Origin: Dehalococcoidia bacterium
Lineage (GTDB): Bacteria; Chloroflexota; Dehalococcoidia; Dehalococcoidales; RBG-16-60-22
Length of the DNA stretch: 46,702 nucleotides
Direction of reading: 5' to 3'
Assembly: GCA_011174815.1 (NCBI GenBank)
Contig: DUFF01000083.1
Coordinates: 1-46,702 of the forward strand
Every line of letters begins with the position of its first letter. Within the stretch, counting starts at the first letter, position 1. Below are positions 8,790 through 17,933 of the stretch, one piece after another. Made by a program: the position numbers and the translations under genes. A model generated the notes under the pieces. That model did no database searches and had not been told where the DNA came from. It saw only the letters and a list, made by a program, of their open reading frames with translations.

Positions 8790-10667
8790 ATGAATATACC
8801 ATTTAGGGAAAAACACATCGCGGTCGGCTTGATAATTGCAACTGTTATTGGTATTGTCCTCTGTTTAGCATTTGCCTTTGATTTATTTTATACCTATCAG
8901 CAACGGAGTACCGATTTCTATTTTCAGGCGGCTAACCTACAGCAGAGCTCAGAGCCGCACGAAAACGTTGTTATTGTTAGCATTGATGATAAAAGTTTAG
9001 CGGAATTAGGACACATACAATCTTGGTCGCGATCCCATTATGCTCGACTTATAGACGTGCTGGCGGAAGCTAAAACTAGAGTTATTGTGTTTGACCTTCT
9101 TTTTGCCGAGCCAGCGTCCGGTGATGAAGAACTGGCAACTGCCATCGAAAATGCTGGCAATGTGGTTCTACCGGTTATATATAAGCCGACTTCTACCGAG
9201 TTCACGTCACCACGACAGCTAACCCCAGATGACAGTTTCGTCGAACCACTGGGAATTTTCCAAAAAGCAGCTGCTGCCCGTGGACATGCCAATGTGAACC
9301 CGGATAATGATGGAATCGTACGAAGGTTGTCCGTTGCTTTACACAATGATGATGATTATGAACCTGCCCTGGCATTGGCAGCAGTGGCTCAATATCTGCG
9401 ACGGCCTCAGGTAATAGAGACACCTGTTGGAGATAAAGAGCTGCCCTTTGCCAGCCGCTCCATTCCCCTGGTTGACAATAACGAAATGTTGATCAACTAC
9501 ATGGTTAGCCCGCAGGATATCGGTAGCATAGTGAATTTCCCCATCGTTTCCCTAGTTGATGTCCTACATGGGAATGCTGCCCTTTCCCTTTTTCGAGATA
9601 AAATCGTAATTATCGGGGCCACCGCCAGTGGCCTTGGCGACACTTTCTGGACGCCAATGGGGTCGATGATAAGCGGTGCCGAGGTACATGCCAGCGCCAT
9701 GCATACCATTCTAACCGACAATTTTCTCAAGACCGCCCCTTCCGTGATTACGATTGCGCTGATATTGTTATTGGCACTTCTCTGCGGAATAGCCGTGTTG
9801 TATCTTCGCGTGCTCATAGCGAGCTTAGCGGTCATCTTCCTTTGCTTCGCTTATTTCCTTATCGCTTTCTTCCTTTTTGATAACGGCATCTTGCTCAATA
9901 TGCTATATCCGCCACTGTCTATTATTGCTACGTTTGCGGGATTAAATCTGCATAACCTGGTCATGGAAAGGGCTGAGAAAAGGAAAATAACCGAGACCTT
10001 TGGCCGCTACATATCCCCGCCAGTAGTGGCTGAAATTATGACGACTTTGAAGGAAGGGCGACTGGAGCTGGGGGGTAAGGAACATGAAGTAACCGTAGCC
10101 TTTGCTGACGTCCGAGCTTTTACCTCTATCTCAGAAAAAATGCCGCCAGCAGAGCTGGTAGCGCAATTGAATAGTAATTTGACCGCCGTCATAGAAGCCG
10201 TTCTCAAATTTGGCGGTATGATAAACAAATTCGGTGGCGATAGCGTTATGGCAATTTGGAATGCACCTTTAGATTGCAAAGGGCATCCTTTCTTGGCGAT
10301 AAAAGCAGCAATGAGTGCTCAATCTGGCATCAGAAAACTAAAAGGAAAAGAGAAAAATCTCGTTGGTATGAAGTTTGGTATTGGCATAAATACAGGGGAA
10401 GTGTTGGCGGGAAATCTTGGTTCAGAAGACCGCCTGGAATATTCTGTGGTCGGAGATACGGTCAACATCGCAGCCAGGCTAGCCGATGCTACACCTGGCG
10501 GTAAGGTGTGGATTGGCGCTAATACCTACGAACTGGTAAAAGATGACATTATAGCAAAGCCGTTAAGTCCGTTAACCGTAAAGGGTAAACGCGAACAAAT
10601 TCAAGCTTACGAAGTGTTGGATATTAAGAATGATGAAACGGTAAATGAAAACGTTGAGCAACGATAG
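8790..10667 (+). CDS. CHASE2-domain membrane adenylate cyclase (class III)
   Basis: N-terminal TM; CHASE2 motifs IDDKSL, WSRS.YA, DNDGIVRR, DKIVIIG, SGAEVHA; three TMs; cyclase motifs FADVRAFT, KFGGD, YSVVGDTVNIAARL. Confidence 0.92.
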   Translation: MNIPFREKHIAVGLIIATVIGIVLCLAFAFDLFYTYQQRSTDFYFQAANLQQSSEPHENVVIVSIDDKSLAELGHIQSWSRSHYARLIDVLAEAKTRVIVFDLLFAEPASGDEELATAIENAGNVVLPVIYKPTSTEFTSPRQLTPDDSFVEPLGIFQKAAAARGHANVNPDNDGIVRRLSVALHNDDDYEPALALAAVAQYLRRPQVIETPVGDKELPFASRSIPLVDNNEMLINYMVSPQDIGSIVNFPIVSLVDVLHGNAALSLFRDKIVIIGATASGLGDTFWTPMGSMISGAEVHASAMHTILTDNFLKTAPSVITIALILLLALLCGIAVLYLRVLIASLAVIFLCFAYFLIAFFLFDNGILLNMLYPPLSIIATFAGLNLHNLVMERAEKRKITETFGRYISPPVVAEIMTTLKEGRLELGGKEHEVTVAFADVRAFTSISEKMPPAELVAQLNSNLTAVIEAVLKFGGMINKFGGDSVMAIWNAPLDCKGHPFLAIKAAMSAQSGIRKLKGKEKNLVGMKFGIGINTGEVLAGNLGSEDRLEYSVVGDTVNIAARLADATPGGKVWIGANTYELVKDDIIAKPLSPLTVKGKREQIQAYEVLDIKNDETVNENVEQR

Positions 10668-10678
10668 TGTAACAAAGT

Positions 10679-11287
10679 ATGGATAATAAACGTAATAATA
10701 TTGCCAGAAGAAAAACACTAACGGCCAATAAGCCGGAAAATGTCAGACAAACCGATATCATTATATTGGTTGAAAAAGCTATCGAGGGTAATGTAGAGGC
10801 ATTTGGCGAGCTATACGGCATCTTCCTTGACCGGATTTACCGATATGTTTTCTATCAGGTCAGAGACAGGATGACCGCCGAGGACATAACGGAGGAGGTT
10901 TTTATAAAAGCCTGGAACGCTATCAGTTCCTGCAAGGGGAAAGAAAAGACATTCTCGGCATGGCTTTACCGCATCGCTCACAACCGAGTAATTGATATCT
11001 TCCGTAGTCGAGAAAAAGAACAACTGATTGAGATGGACCCTGTAGCTGAAGCGGGCAGCACCGAATTAGAAGTAGAGACGGAGATAGACCATCGTGAATT
11101 ACTTGATAGCATAGCTGAACTACCTCCGAACCAGAAGCAGGTCATTATTTTGAAGTATATTGAAGGTTTAGATAATCGCGAAATCGAGCGGATAATGGGC
11201 AAGAAGCAGGGAGCGATAAGAATATTGCAAATGCGGGCTCTCGCCAGACTTCGAGAAAGATTAAATGGTGGAGCAGAAGAAAAATGA
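10679..11287 (+). CDS. ECF RNA polymerase sigma factor
   Basis: Region 2 AEDITEEVFIKAW..FSAWLYRIAHN and region 4 LPPNQKQVIILKY..EI..IMG; ~200 aa; overlaps the next gene (ATGA). Confidence 0.92.
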   Translation: MDNKRNNIARRKTLTANKPENVRQTDIIILVEKAIEGNVEAFGELYGIFLDRIYRYVFYQVRDRMTAEDITEEVFIKAWNAISSCKGKEKTFSAWLYRIAHNRVIDIFRSREKEQLIEMDPVAEAGSTELEVETEIDHRELLDSIAELPPNQKQVIILKYIEGLDNREIERIMGKKQGAIRILQMRALARLRERLNGGAEEK

Positions 11288-13044
11288 ATGACAAGTTTTC
11301 CAGAATCCTCGACGAAAGCATTGAAAGGCTGATTAAAGGGGAAACCATAGAATCCTGTCTGGAGGAATACCCGAATGACCGGGAGCAATTAGAGCCCCTT
11401 TTAAATACGGCACAGTTGATTTCCTCTATTCCTAAAGTCTCAGTTTCCGAAAAATACAGTCGCGTATCAAAGGCCCGTTTGATAGCGCGGATCCGTCGGG
11501 AGTCTGTGCAGGCCAGAGAGGCAGAGACAAGATCGGGTATAGGCCTGTTTGATGAGCTGGGCCTCGCCTGGCACCGAATGTGGCAAAGTATACTCGGCGC
11601 CAAAAAGGTTGCCATTCCTGTGGCGCTGGCGTTAATTCTAGCACTCGTATTAAGCGTTTCAGGGTTGCTTAATCATCTATCAACAACCCCGGCTCTCGCC
11701 TCACAGTGTACCCTGACCATACTATCCGGTAATGTCGATGTTCAAATGCCAGGGTCAAATGCCGAAAAGACAGGCACAGATGGGATGACTCTCAATATTG
11801 GTACGAGGGTAAAGACCGCGCCCGGTTCCCATGCCGTTCTCACCTTTTTTGAGGGCAGTACCGTCAAGCTCGAGCCTGAAACCGAAATCGAAATTCAGCA
11901 AATTGAATATGATAACGAGCAGCCCACCGCCATTGTCTTGAAGCAATGGTTGGGCAGAACATGGAGCCGCGTAGTTAAAATGGCTGATCCCGGTTCACAT
12001 TATCAAATAGAAACACCTTCAGCCACTGCCATAGTACGGGGAACTCTATTTACCACCGAGGTTGAAGCAACTGGAACTACAAAAGTAGCGACTACGGAAG
12101 GGCTGGTCAGCGTTGTTGCGCAAGGGGATGAAGTATACCTGCCTGCCTGCCAACAAACTCAGGTTGATGCTGGAGAAGTCCCTTCGCAACCGCAACCGGT
12201 GCCTATCTCCAGGTCTGAAATTATCATCACATTTGATATGCCAGCCACTGGCTCGGTGACTGACCCAACCGGCTCAAGCACGGGGATTTTACCAAGCGGT
12301 TTCTATTTTAACCAGATACCCGAGTCTCAATCCTTCTTGACCGCTGAAGACAGGCAACAGATAAATATTTCAGAACCGATGACAGGAGAGTATATCATTG
12401 CGCTGCGGTACCTCTCTGAGGGGCAAGCACATTTCAACATTCTGGGAGCATCTGATGGCAACGTGGTCTTCAATTATACTGGTAATTGGGGTGCCTTCCA
12501 GGAACACGGATGGCTTATACACCTTGGCATACATGCGGAGAGTGGTCGGATTATAAGCGGTGAAGTAACCTCCGCAGAACCGCTCGGGGAAGAAACCCCA
12601 GAGGATATAGTGGAGGCGCCGTTAGCTGGCGGAAAAGCGTCGAAGATAATGACGCAGGACAGCGATACCAATAGTACTGCGGATGTGGACAAAGGCAAGC
12701 CCGAGGACAAGGGTAAGCCCGAGGACGAGGATAACACCGGGGACAAAGGCAAGCCTGAGGATAAGGGTAAGCCCGAGGACGAGGATAACACCGAGAACAA
12801 AGGCAAGCCCGAGGACAAGGGTAAGCCCGAGGATAAGGGTAAGCCAGATAAGGCCAAGGACGAGAATAACACCGGGAACAAGGGTAAACCTGAGGATAAG
12901 GGTAAGCCCGAGGACGAGGATAACACCGGGAACAAGGGTAAGCCAAATAAGCCCGAGGACGAAGATGCCACCGGGAACAAGAGTAAGCCTGAAAACAAGG
13001 GTAAGCCAAAGGACAAGGATAAACCACCATATTGGTTCTCATAA
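11284..13044 (+). CDS. Putative anti-sigma factor: cytoplasmic N-domain, TM helix, FecR-like domain, beta-rich domain and KGKPED repeat tail
   Basis: Translationally coupled to the ECF gene; TM VAIPVALALILALVLSVSGLL; FecR-like motifs VKTAPGS.A.L.F.EGS.V.L and ETPSATAIVRGT.F. Confidence 0.78.
   Translation: MNDKFSRILDESIERLIKGETIESCLEEYPNDREQLEPLLNTAQLISSIPKVSVSEKYSRVSKARLIARIRRESVQAREAETRSGIGLFDELGLAWHRMWQSILGAKKVAIPVALALILALVLSVSGLLNHLSTTPALASQCTLTILSGNVDVQMPGSNAEKTGTDGMTLNIGTRVKTAPGSHAVLTFFEGSTVKLEPETEIEIQQIEYDNEQPTAIVLKQWLGRTWSRVVKMADPGSHYQIETPSATAIVRGTLFTTEVEATGTTKVATTEGLVSVVAQGDEVYLPACQQTQVDAGEVPSQPQPVPISRSEIIITFDMPATGSVTDPTGSSTGILPSGFYFNQIPESQSFLTAEDRQQINISEPMTGEYIIALRYLSEGQAHFNILGASDGNVVFNYTGNWGAFQEHGWLIHLGIHAESGRIISGEVTSAEPLGEETPEDIVEAPLAGGKASKIMTQDSDTNSTADVDKGKPEDKGKPEDEDNTGDKGKPEDKGKPEDEDNTENKGKPEDKGKPEDKGKPDKAKDENNTGNKGKPEDKGKPEDEDNTGNKGKPNKPEDEDATGNKSKPENKGKPKDKDKPPYWFS
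12688..13026 (+). repeat. Coding tandem repeat (KGKPED; ~54-bp higher-order unit KGKPEDKGKPEDEDNTxx)
   Basis: Repeated AAGGGTAAGCCCGAGGAC-like 18-mers encoding 11 copies of KGKP. Confidence 0.95.
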
Positions 13045-13075
13045 TCATGAGGATAAGAGTCCAGAGATTCAGAAG

Positions 13076-14311
13076 ATGCAGATGGCTTATAACCTGAAAA
13101 ATCACAGTCAAATTGAAAATACTTCTGAAGGCTGCCCCGATCTATCAACCATAGAGCAAAAACTAGGCCACGGATACGTCACAAGCACACCGGAGGCCGG
13201 TACTATGCTGGGTCTTCTCTATGAAGTTGGTAAAAAAATTGGATCGATTACAAAACTAAATAAATTAGTGAAACAAATTACACAGATGACGCAAAGCACC
13301 CTTAATGCGACAGCCTCTTCGGTCCTACTTTTCGACGAGAAAGAGCAAGAATTGTACTTCGAAGTGGCTGAAGGTGAATCGGAAAAAGCTTTGCGGAAAA
13401 TCAAGCTAAATGCCAAATCTGGTATTGCTGGTTGGGTCGCCCAGAACAAAAAGCCAATAATAATTAATGATGTTATGAAGGATCAACGCTTTGATCCAAG
13501 CGTTGATGAAATTACCGGTTTCACCACCAGGTCCATTATCTGTGCTCCTTTATTAGTGCAGCGTAAATTAATCGGCGTTATTGAAGTACTCAATAAGTCA
13601 GATGGCAGTGATTTCAATGGGCGGGACTTGGAAACATTAACCTCGGTAGCATCAACAGCGGCCATGGCTATAGAGAATGCGCAACTGCACCAAACGGTAC
13701 TTAACGCCTATAAAAGTACAATTAAGGTACTTGCGGCAGCCATCGATGCTAAAGACCATTATACCCGAGGGCATTCACAGCGCGTGATGGAATACACCCT
13801 CATGGGGGCTATGCCACTTTCCCTACCCAGAGATGAAATGGACGTTCTGGAATATGCCGGTATCCTACATGACATTGGGAAAATAGGCATTGCCGACAGT
13901 ATACTAAGCAAAGACGGGCAATTGACTGACCGAGAGTGGGAAATAATGCGCCAACATCCTCTGATAGGGTCGGATATGCTGAAAGACATCCCATTTTTAG
14001 AAAAAGCCAGGGTTCTCATCCTTCACCATCACGAAAGATATGACGGCAGTGGATATCCCAATGGCATAAGCGGGGAAGATATTCCGCTGGGTGCCAGGCT
14101 CATAGCTATCGCTGATGCCTTTGATACGATGACCACAGATCGCGCCTATCGTGCTGCACTTAGCGTAGATAGGGCAATTAAAGAATTAGTCAGATACTCT
14201 GGCACCCAATTCTGTCCGATTGCTTTGGAGGCATTTATCTCAGGTTATAACAATCAGCAAAAGAGCCTCGACACTGGAAATGGTAATTACGACCTATCAG
14301 AGAAAGATTAG
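13076..14311 (+). CDS. GAF + HD-GYP phosphodiesterase (start 13076/13082, or 13205 behind a GGAGG)
   Basis: GAF motifs GIAGWVA, D.RFD..VDEITGFTTRSIICAPL; HD-GYP motifs DAKDHYTRGHSQRV, HDIGK, HHERYDGSGYP, IADAFD.MT.DR.YR. The track's 12683 start is an artefact of the repeat. Confidence 0.9.
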   Translation: MQMAYNLKNHSQIENTSEGCPDLSTIEQKLGHGYVTSTPEAGTMLGLLYEVGKKIGSITKLNKLVKQITQMTQSTLNATASSVLLFDEKEQELYFEVAEGESEKALRKIKLNAKSGIAGWVAQNKKPIIINDVMKDQRFDPSVDEITGFTTRSIICAPLLVQRKLIGVIEVLNKSDGSDFNGRDLETLTSVASTAAMAIENAQLHQTVLNAYKSTIKVLAAAIDAKDHYTRGHSQRVMEYTLMGAMPLSLPRDEMDVLEYAGILHDIGKIGIADSILSKDGQLTDREWEIMRQHPLIGSDMLKDIPFLEKARVLILHHHERYDGSGYPNGISGEDIPLGARLIAIADAFDTMTTDRAYRAALSVDRAIKELVRYSGTQFCPIALEAFISGYNNQQKSLDTGNGNYDLSEKD

Positions 14312-14320
14312 AATATATCT

Positions 14321-15094
14321 ATGAACATACGCATTTTGGGAGCACACAATGTTGAATCCAAGAGAACAAGGTGTGTATCGCTGCTTATAGATGATACCCT
14401 GGCCATAGATGCTGGCGGACTAACTTCAGGTTTGTCTGTTTTGGAACAGAACAGTCTTAAGGCAGCCCTGCTAACCCATCAACATTATGATCATATTCGC
14501 GATATTCCGACCTTAGCTTTAAACCTTTCCATAAATGGGAACGGTATTAACGTATATGCTACCCCCAGCGCGTGTAAAGCTATTGAAACCCATTTGCTGA
14601 ACGGCACACTATACCCCAAATTTCAGGAATCAGCGGAAGCAAAACCAGTGATTAACTTTAAATTTGTTGAGCCTTATAAGCGGCAAAAGATTAAAGCTTA
14701 TGAAATCCTGGCGATACCGGTAAGACATGCCGATTCCACAGTTGGTTATCAGGTCAGCAACGGGGCGGGAAAAACGCTGTTCTATACAGCAGACACGGGG
14801 CCCGGTCTGTCTGATTGCTGGCCATACGTGTCTCCCCAATTGCTCGTTGTTGATGTAACCGTACCAAACAGGTTCGAAGAGTTCGCCAGAAAGACGGGAC
14901 ATCTGACTCCAGCGCTTCTCTACAATGAGCTGGTCAAATTCCAGGAGTTGAAAGGATACCTGCCCCAGGTGGTCACCGTACACATGAATCCGGCGTTAGA
15001 ACGAGAAATCAGGGAGGAATTGGGGGTTATTGCCGGAGCACTGGGTGGTGAAATAACCCTGGCCCATGAAGGTATGAGGCTTCACCTCAAGTAA
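14321..15094 (+). CDS. MBL-fold metallo-hydrolase, class II cyclic-nucleotide phosphodiesterase-like
   Basis: IRILGAH, LAIDAG, THQHYDH (HxHxDH), YTADTG, GHLTP, VH; sits next to a cyclase. Confidence 0.8.
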   Translation: MNIRILGAHNVESKRTRCVSLLIDDTLAIDAGGLTSGLSVLEQNSLKAALLTHQHYDHIRDIPTLALNLSINGNGINVYATPSACKAIETHLLNGTLYPKFQESAEAKPVINFKFVEPYKRQKIKAYEILAIPVRHADSTVGYQVSNGAGKTLFYTADTGPGLSDCWPYVSPQLLVVDVTVPNRFEEFARKTGHLTPALLYNELVKFQELKGYLPQVVTVHMNPALEREIREELGVIAGALGGEITLAHEGMRLHLK

Positions 15095-15798
15095 TACGCC
15101 ATACGCATGGGCAGCCCCTTGGCATCAAGAATTAATTTCTCCGGAAGGAAGGACAGCCCCTGCCCTCCATTGGACGCGGTGACCGCCGCCACAAGCGCAT
15201 CCAAAATATCATCTCTGGCCAGCTCTCCACGAGGATAGCTTTTTTCCGCATAACGAACCAATTCTCCGCTACAGGGATAAATAGAACGCAGGACTTCCAT
15301 CTTCTCCAGAAAACCCTCTTTTTTCTTTTTGGAGTATTTCATGGGCATACCGCCATTCAGTGCCCAGAAACACAGCTCCGGATGGGTTTCCAGAATGCGC
15401 GACCTGGCATTCCGGTCACCCAGAAGGAGCTCGTCCACCTGTTTTATCTTATTGATTATGTTCAGGGATTGCCGGGATAGTCCTTTACCCGTGATTTTCC
15501 AGTTCAGTTCATTCGCCTTCTCTGTATCAGCATGAATTACCTCTCTACAGGGAACTGGAAATACACTTGAGCTTCTCTTGCTGCCGAGCAATCTCCGGGC
15601 TTTTTGGTCGCAAACACGCTGTACCGAAGAACCCTGTCTCAATCCGATGGGAATATCAATGAGTATCAGCTTTGAGTCCTGGCAATGCTTCCAGAGATTG
15701 AATATATCAGGGAAGATGTCGGCCCGCCAGTCGTGCCCTTCCCCCAGCATAACAGCGAACCACCCTGTTCTACAAGCATCCACGCCAGTATAGACCAT
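15082..15798 (-). CDS. DUF429-family protein (predicted RNase H-fold nuclease)
   Basis: GVDAC..GW, IDIPIGL, R.CD..AR, ETHPELCF, DDILDA. Confidence 0.85.
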   Translation of the reverse strand: MVYTGVDACRTGWFAVMLGEGHDWRADIFPDIFNLWKHCQDSKLILIDIPIGLRQGSSVQRVCDQKARRLLGSKRSSSVFPVPCREVIHADTEKANELNWKITGKGLSRQSLNIINKIKQVDELLLGDRNARSRILETHPELCFWALNGGMPMKYSKKKKEGFLEKMEVLRSIYPCSGELVRYAEKSYPRGELARDDILDALVAAVTASNGGQGLSFLPEKLILDAKGLPMRMAYYLR

Positions 15799-15859
15799 TT
15801 CTCAAGCCTTCAAAAGTTGAAGAGATTGTGGAGCCAATTGTTTCAGATATTGGGACTCC

Positions 15860-15888
15860 AATATAGCCCTTTACCCGGACTTTGTCAA
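15860..15888 (-). promoter_or_regulatory. Sigma70-type promoter for the DUF429 gene
   Basis: TTGACA-17-TATATT. Confidence 0.65.
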
Positions 15889-15969
15889 TAACTACAAGTA
15901 GCACTACCATTCGGCGTGCGGAAGACAAAGACATGGTAGATAAGGGTCGAGCTGTAATGGGCGGTGTTC

Positions 15970-15998
15970 TTGACAACGCAAAGATTGCGGTGTAAATT
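15970..15998 (+). promoter_or_regulatory. Sigma70-type promoter for the DAK2 gene
   Basis: TTGACA-17-TAAATT. Confidence 0.65.
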
Positions 15999-16043
15999 GT
16001 ACCTAGATTATCTAGGTATCAACTGGAACGTGCGTGTGCCAGT

Positions 16044-17696
16044 GTGGAGCCAGATAAGATGAATGATACCAGAGAAATCGATGGCAAAAACTTCATACAG
16101 ATGTTTAGCGCCGCTACCAATTGGCTGGAAAAGAGCGCTTCAGATATCGATGCCTTAAACGTCTTTCCGGTGCCAGACGGTGACTGCGGCACCAATATGC
16201 TGTTGACTATGCGTTCCTGCATCGAAGAAGCATACCGGTCTGCCGACCATAACGTGTCATCGGTCGTTCAAGCTATGTATCGGGGGGCACTGATGGGGGC
16301 CAGGGGTAACAGCGGCGTGATACTGTCGCAGATCTGGCGGGGCATCGCCAACAGTTTGGATAAAAAGAAGCTCATTGATGGGAACGACCTAGCTGAAGCA
16401 TTGCTTCAGGCAGCGGAAACCGCCTATAAAGGATTAAGCAACCCGGTAGAGGGTACCATGCTGACCGTGATCAGGGAAGTAGCGATGATAGCCAAGGAAA
16501 GGTCGCCTGTGGTTAAAGGTGACCTAGTATCAGTGCTCGATGCCGCCGTCGCAGCCGCAAGGGAAGCAGTAGCCCGTACCCCTGAGTTATTGCCAGTCTT
16601 GAGGGAGGCTGGAGTGGTGGATGCCGGCGGGCAGGGACTATATACCCTGCTGGAGGGTGCCCTGCTTTTCCTTAAAGGTGAAGAGAATCTGATGAAGTCC
16701 GGTAAATCCAAGGTGGTTGCCAGCAGCGCCCCGGTATCCGTGACATCATTCACCGCGACCGATGAAGAGGAAGTACCATACGGTTACTGTACCGAGTTCC
16801 TTTTAAAGGGAAAAAACCTGAACCCGGATAAAATCAGGGATGAACTCAGCACAAAAGGACAGTCACTGATTGTCGTTGGTGATGAATCCACGGTCAGAGT
16901 TCACATACATGTTCCGGACCCAGGTGAGGTGATCCATTATGCCGCCTCTTTAGGCACCATGCACGGTATCAGCATCAGAAATATGGATGAGCAGCACGAA
17001 GAATTCCTGGCCAGGCAAAAGCAGAAAAAGATGCCTTCCGGTAAAATAGGAGTCATCGCTGTAGCCAGCGGCGACGGCTTAACGAAGGTATTTGAAAGCC
17101 TGGGAGCATCGGCTATTGTATACGGTGGCCAAACGATGAACCCGAGTACCCGCGATATGCTTAGAGCGGTCGATACAGTGCCCGCAAACAAAGTCCTTAT
17201 CCTGCCCAACAACGAAAACATAATACTTACCGCCAGACAGGCTGCGTCATTAACCAATAAAGAAGTTGAAGTGATACCAACGGAATCCATACCGCAGGGT
17301 GTGGCGGCGCTTATGGCCTTTGATCCCGATGCTGACCTGCAGCTTAACATTAATTTGATGCAGCGCGAGATAGAGGCGGTAAAAACAATAGAAGTCACGC
17401 ACGCAAGCCGTTCAACAAAGCTAAACGGATTGAATATAAAAAAGGGACAGGTTATCGGCCTCCTGGACGGCAAATTGGTCGCCGCAGGCGACAGTCTCAG
17501 CAGCGTGGTGGATGAGGTACTGAGTTCCCTTAGTTTCGATGAAGCCCAACTGCTAACGATTTACTCCGGGCGCGATGTGCCGGAGGCTGAGTCGAAGAAG
17601 TTGAGCAATGCCATTCAGCGGCAACACCCCTCGCTTGAAATTGAAGTCGTTAACGGCGGGCAGCCGCACTATGACTATATCATATCGCTAGAGTAA
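16044..17696 (+). CDS. DAK2-domain protein (YloV/FakA fatty acid kinase catalytic subunit-like)
   Basis: LNVFPVPDGDCGTNM, GARGNSGVILSQ, VVDAGG, YGYCTEF, GGQTMNPS, GGQPHY. Confidence 0.92.
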   Translation: MEPDKMNDTREIDGKNFIQMFSAATNWLEKSASDIDALNVFPVPDGDCGTNMLLTMRSCIEEAYRSADHNVSSVVQAMYRGALMGARGNSGVILSQIWRGIANSLDKKKLIDGNDLAEALLQAAETAYKGLSNPVEGTMLTVIREVAMIAKERSPVVKGDLVSVLDAAVAAAREAVARTPELLPVLREAGVVDAGGQGLYTLLEGALLFLKGEENLMKSGKSKVVASSAPVSVTSFTATDEEEVPYGYCTEFLLKGKNLNPDKIRDELSTKGQSLIVVGDESTVRVHIHVPDPGEVIHYAASLGTMHGISIRNMDEQHEEFLARQKQKKMPSGKIGVIAVASGDGLTKVFESLGASAIVYGGQTMNPSTRDMLRAVDTVPANKVLILPNNENIILTARQAASLTNKEVEVIPTESIPQGVAALMAFDPDADLQLNINLMQREIEAVKTIEVTHASRSTKLNGLNIKKGQVIGLLDGKLVAAGDSLSSVVDEVLSSLSFDEAQLLTIYSGRDVPEAESKKLSNAIQRQHPSLEIEVVNGGQPHYDYIISLE

Positions 17697-17933
17697 TGGC
17701 ATTCCTCGATTCAACAGACATAACTATTTCGGATAATGCCATCTACTTTCTATTCCACCAGATGTCTAAATGTATTCAGCCTTTTTGTTGATGAAGCAGC
17801 ATTCTCTGATACCAATTAAAAGCTACCGGGATTTTACACTGGTTCCTTTTCCCTAGTATACTTAATTGGCTTGTTTTACCTTCAGATAAACTCGGAAGCC
17901 ACATTTTTTATTTTACTAGGGAGGTAGTCTATC

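Noticed and set aside
12688-13026. Possible CRISPR array
   Set aside because: Units are in-frame multiples of 3 with no unique spacers, and there are no cas genes.
12683-13075. N-terminal 130 aa of the 542-aa ORF (RTRVSP repeats) fused to HD-GYP
   Set aside because: It is the alternative frame of the KGKPED repeat, open only because the repeat lacks stop codons; plausible starts exist at 13076 and 13205.
12474-13148. Minus-strand ORFs of 224 and 186 aa (SSGLPL and YPRPRA repeats)
   Set aside because: Antisense shadows of the coding repeat.
8098-15100. Cassette as an active integrative island at tRNA-Arg
   Set aside because: No integrase, and I found no duplicated tRNA 3' end (attR) by eye; only position and composition suggest acquisition.
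15082-15798. DUF429 nuclease as effector of a CBASS/Pycsar-like defence system with the cyclase
   Set aside because: It is on the opposite strand with its own promoter and has no cyclic-nucleotide sensor domain; the cyclase is a CHASE2 membrane sensor type with ATP-type specificity residues.
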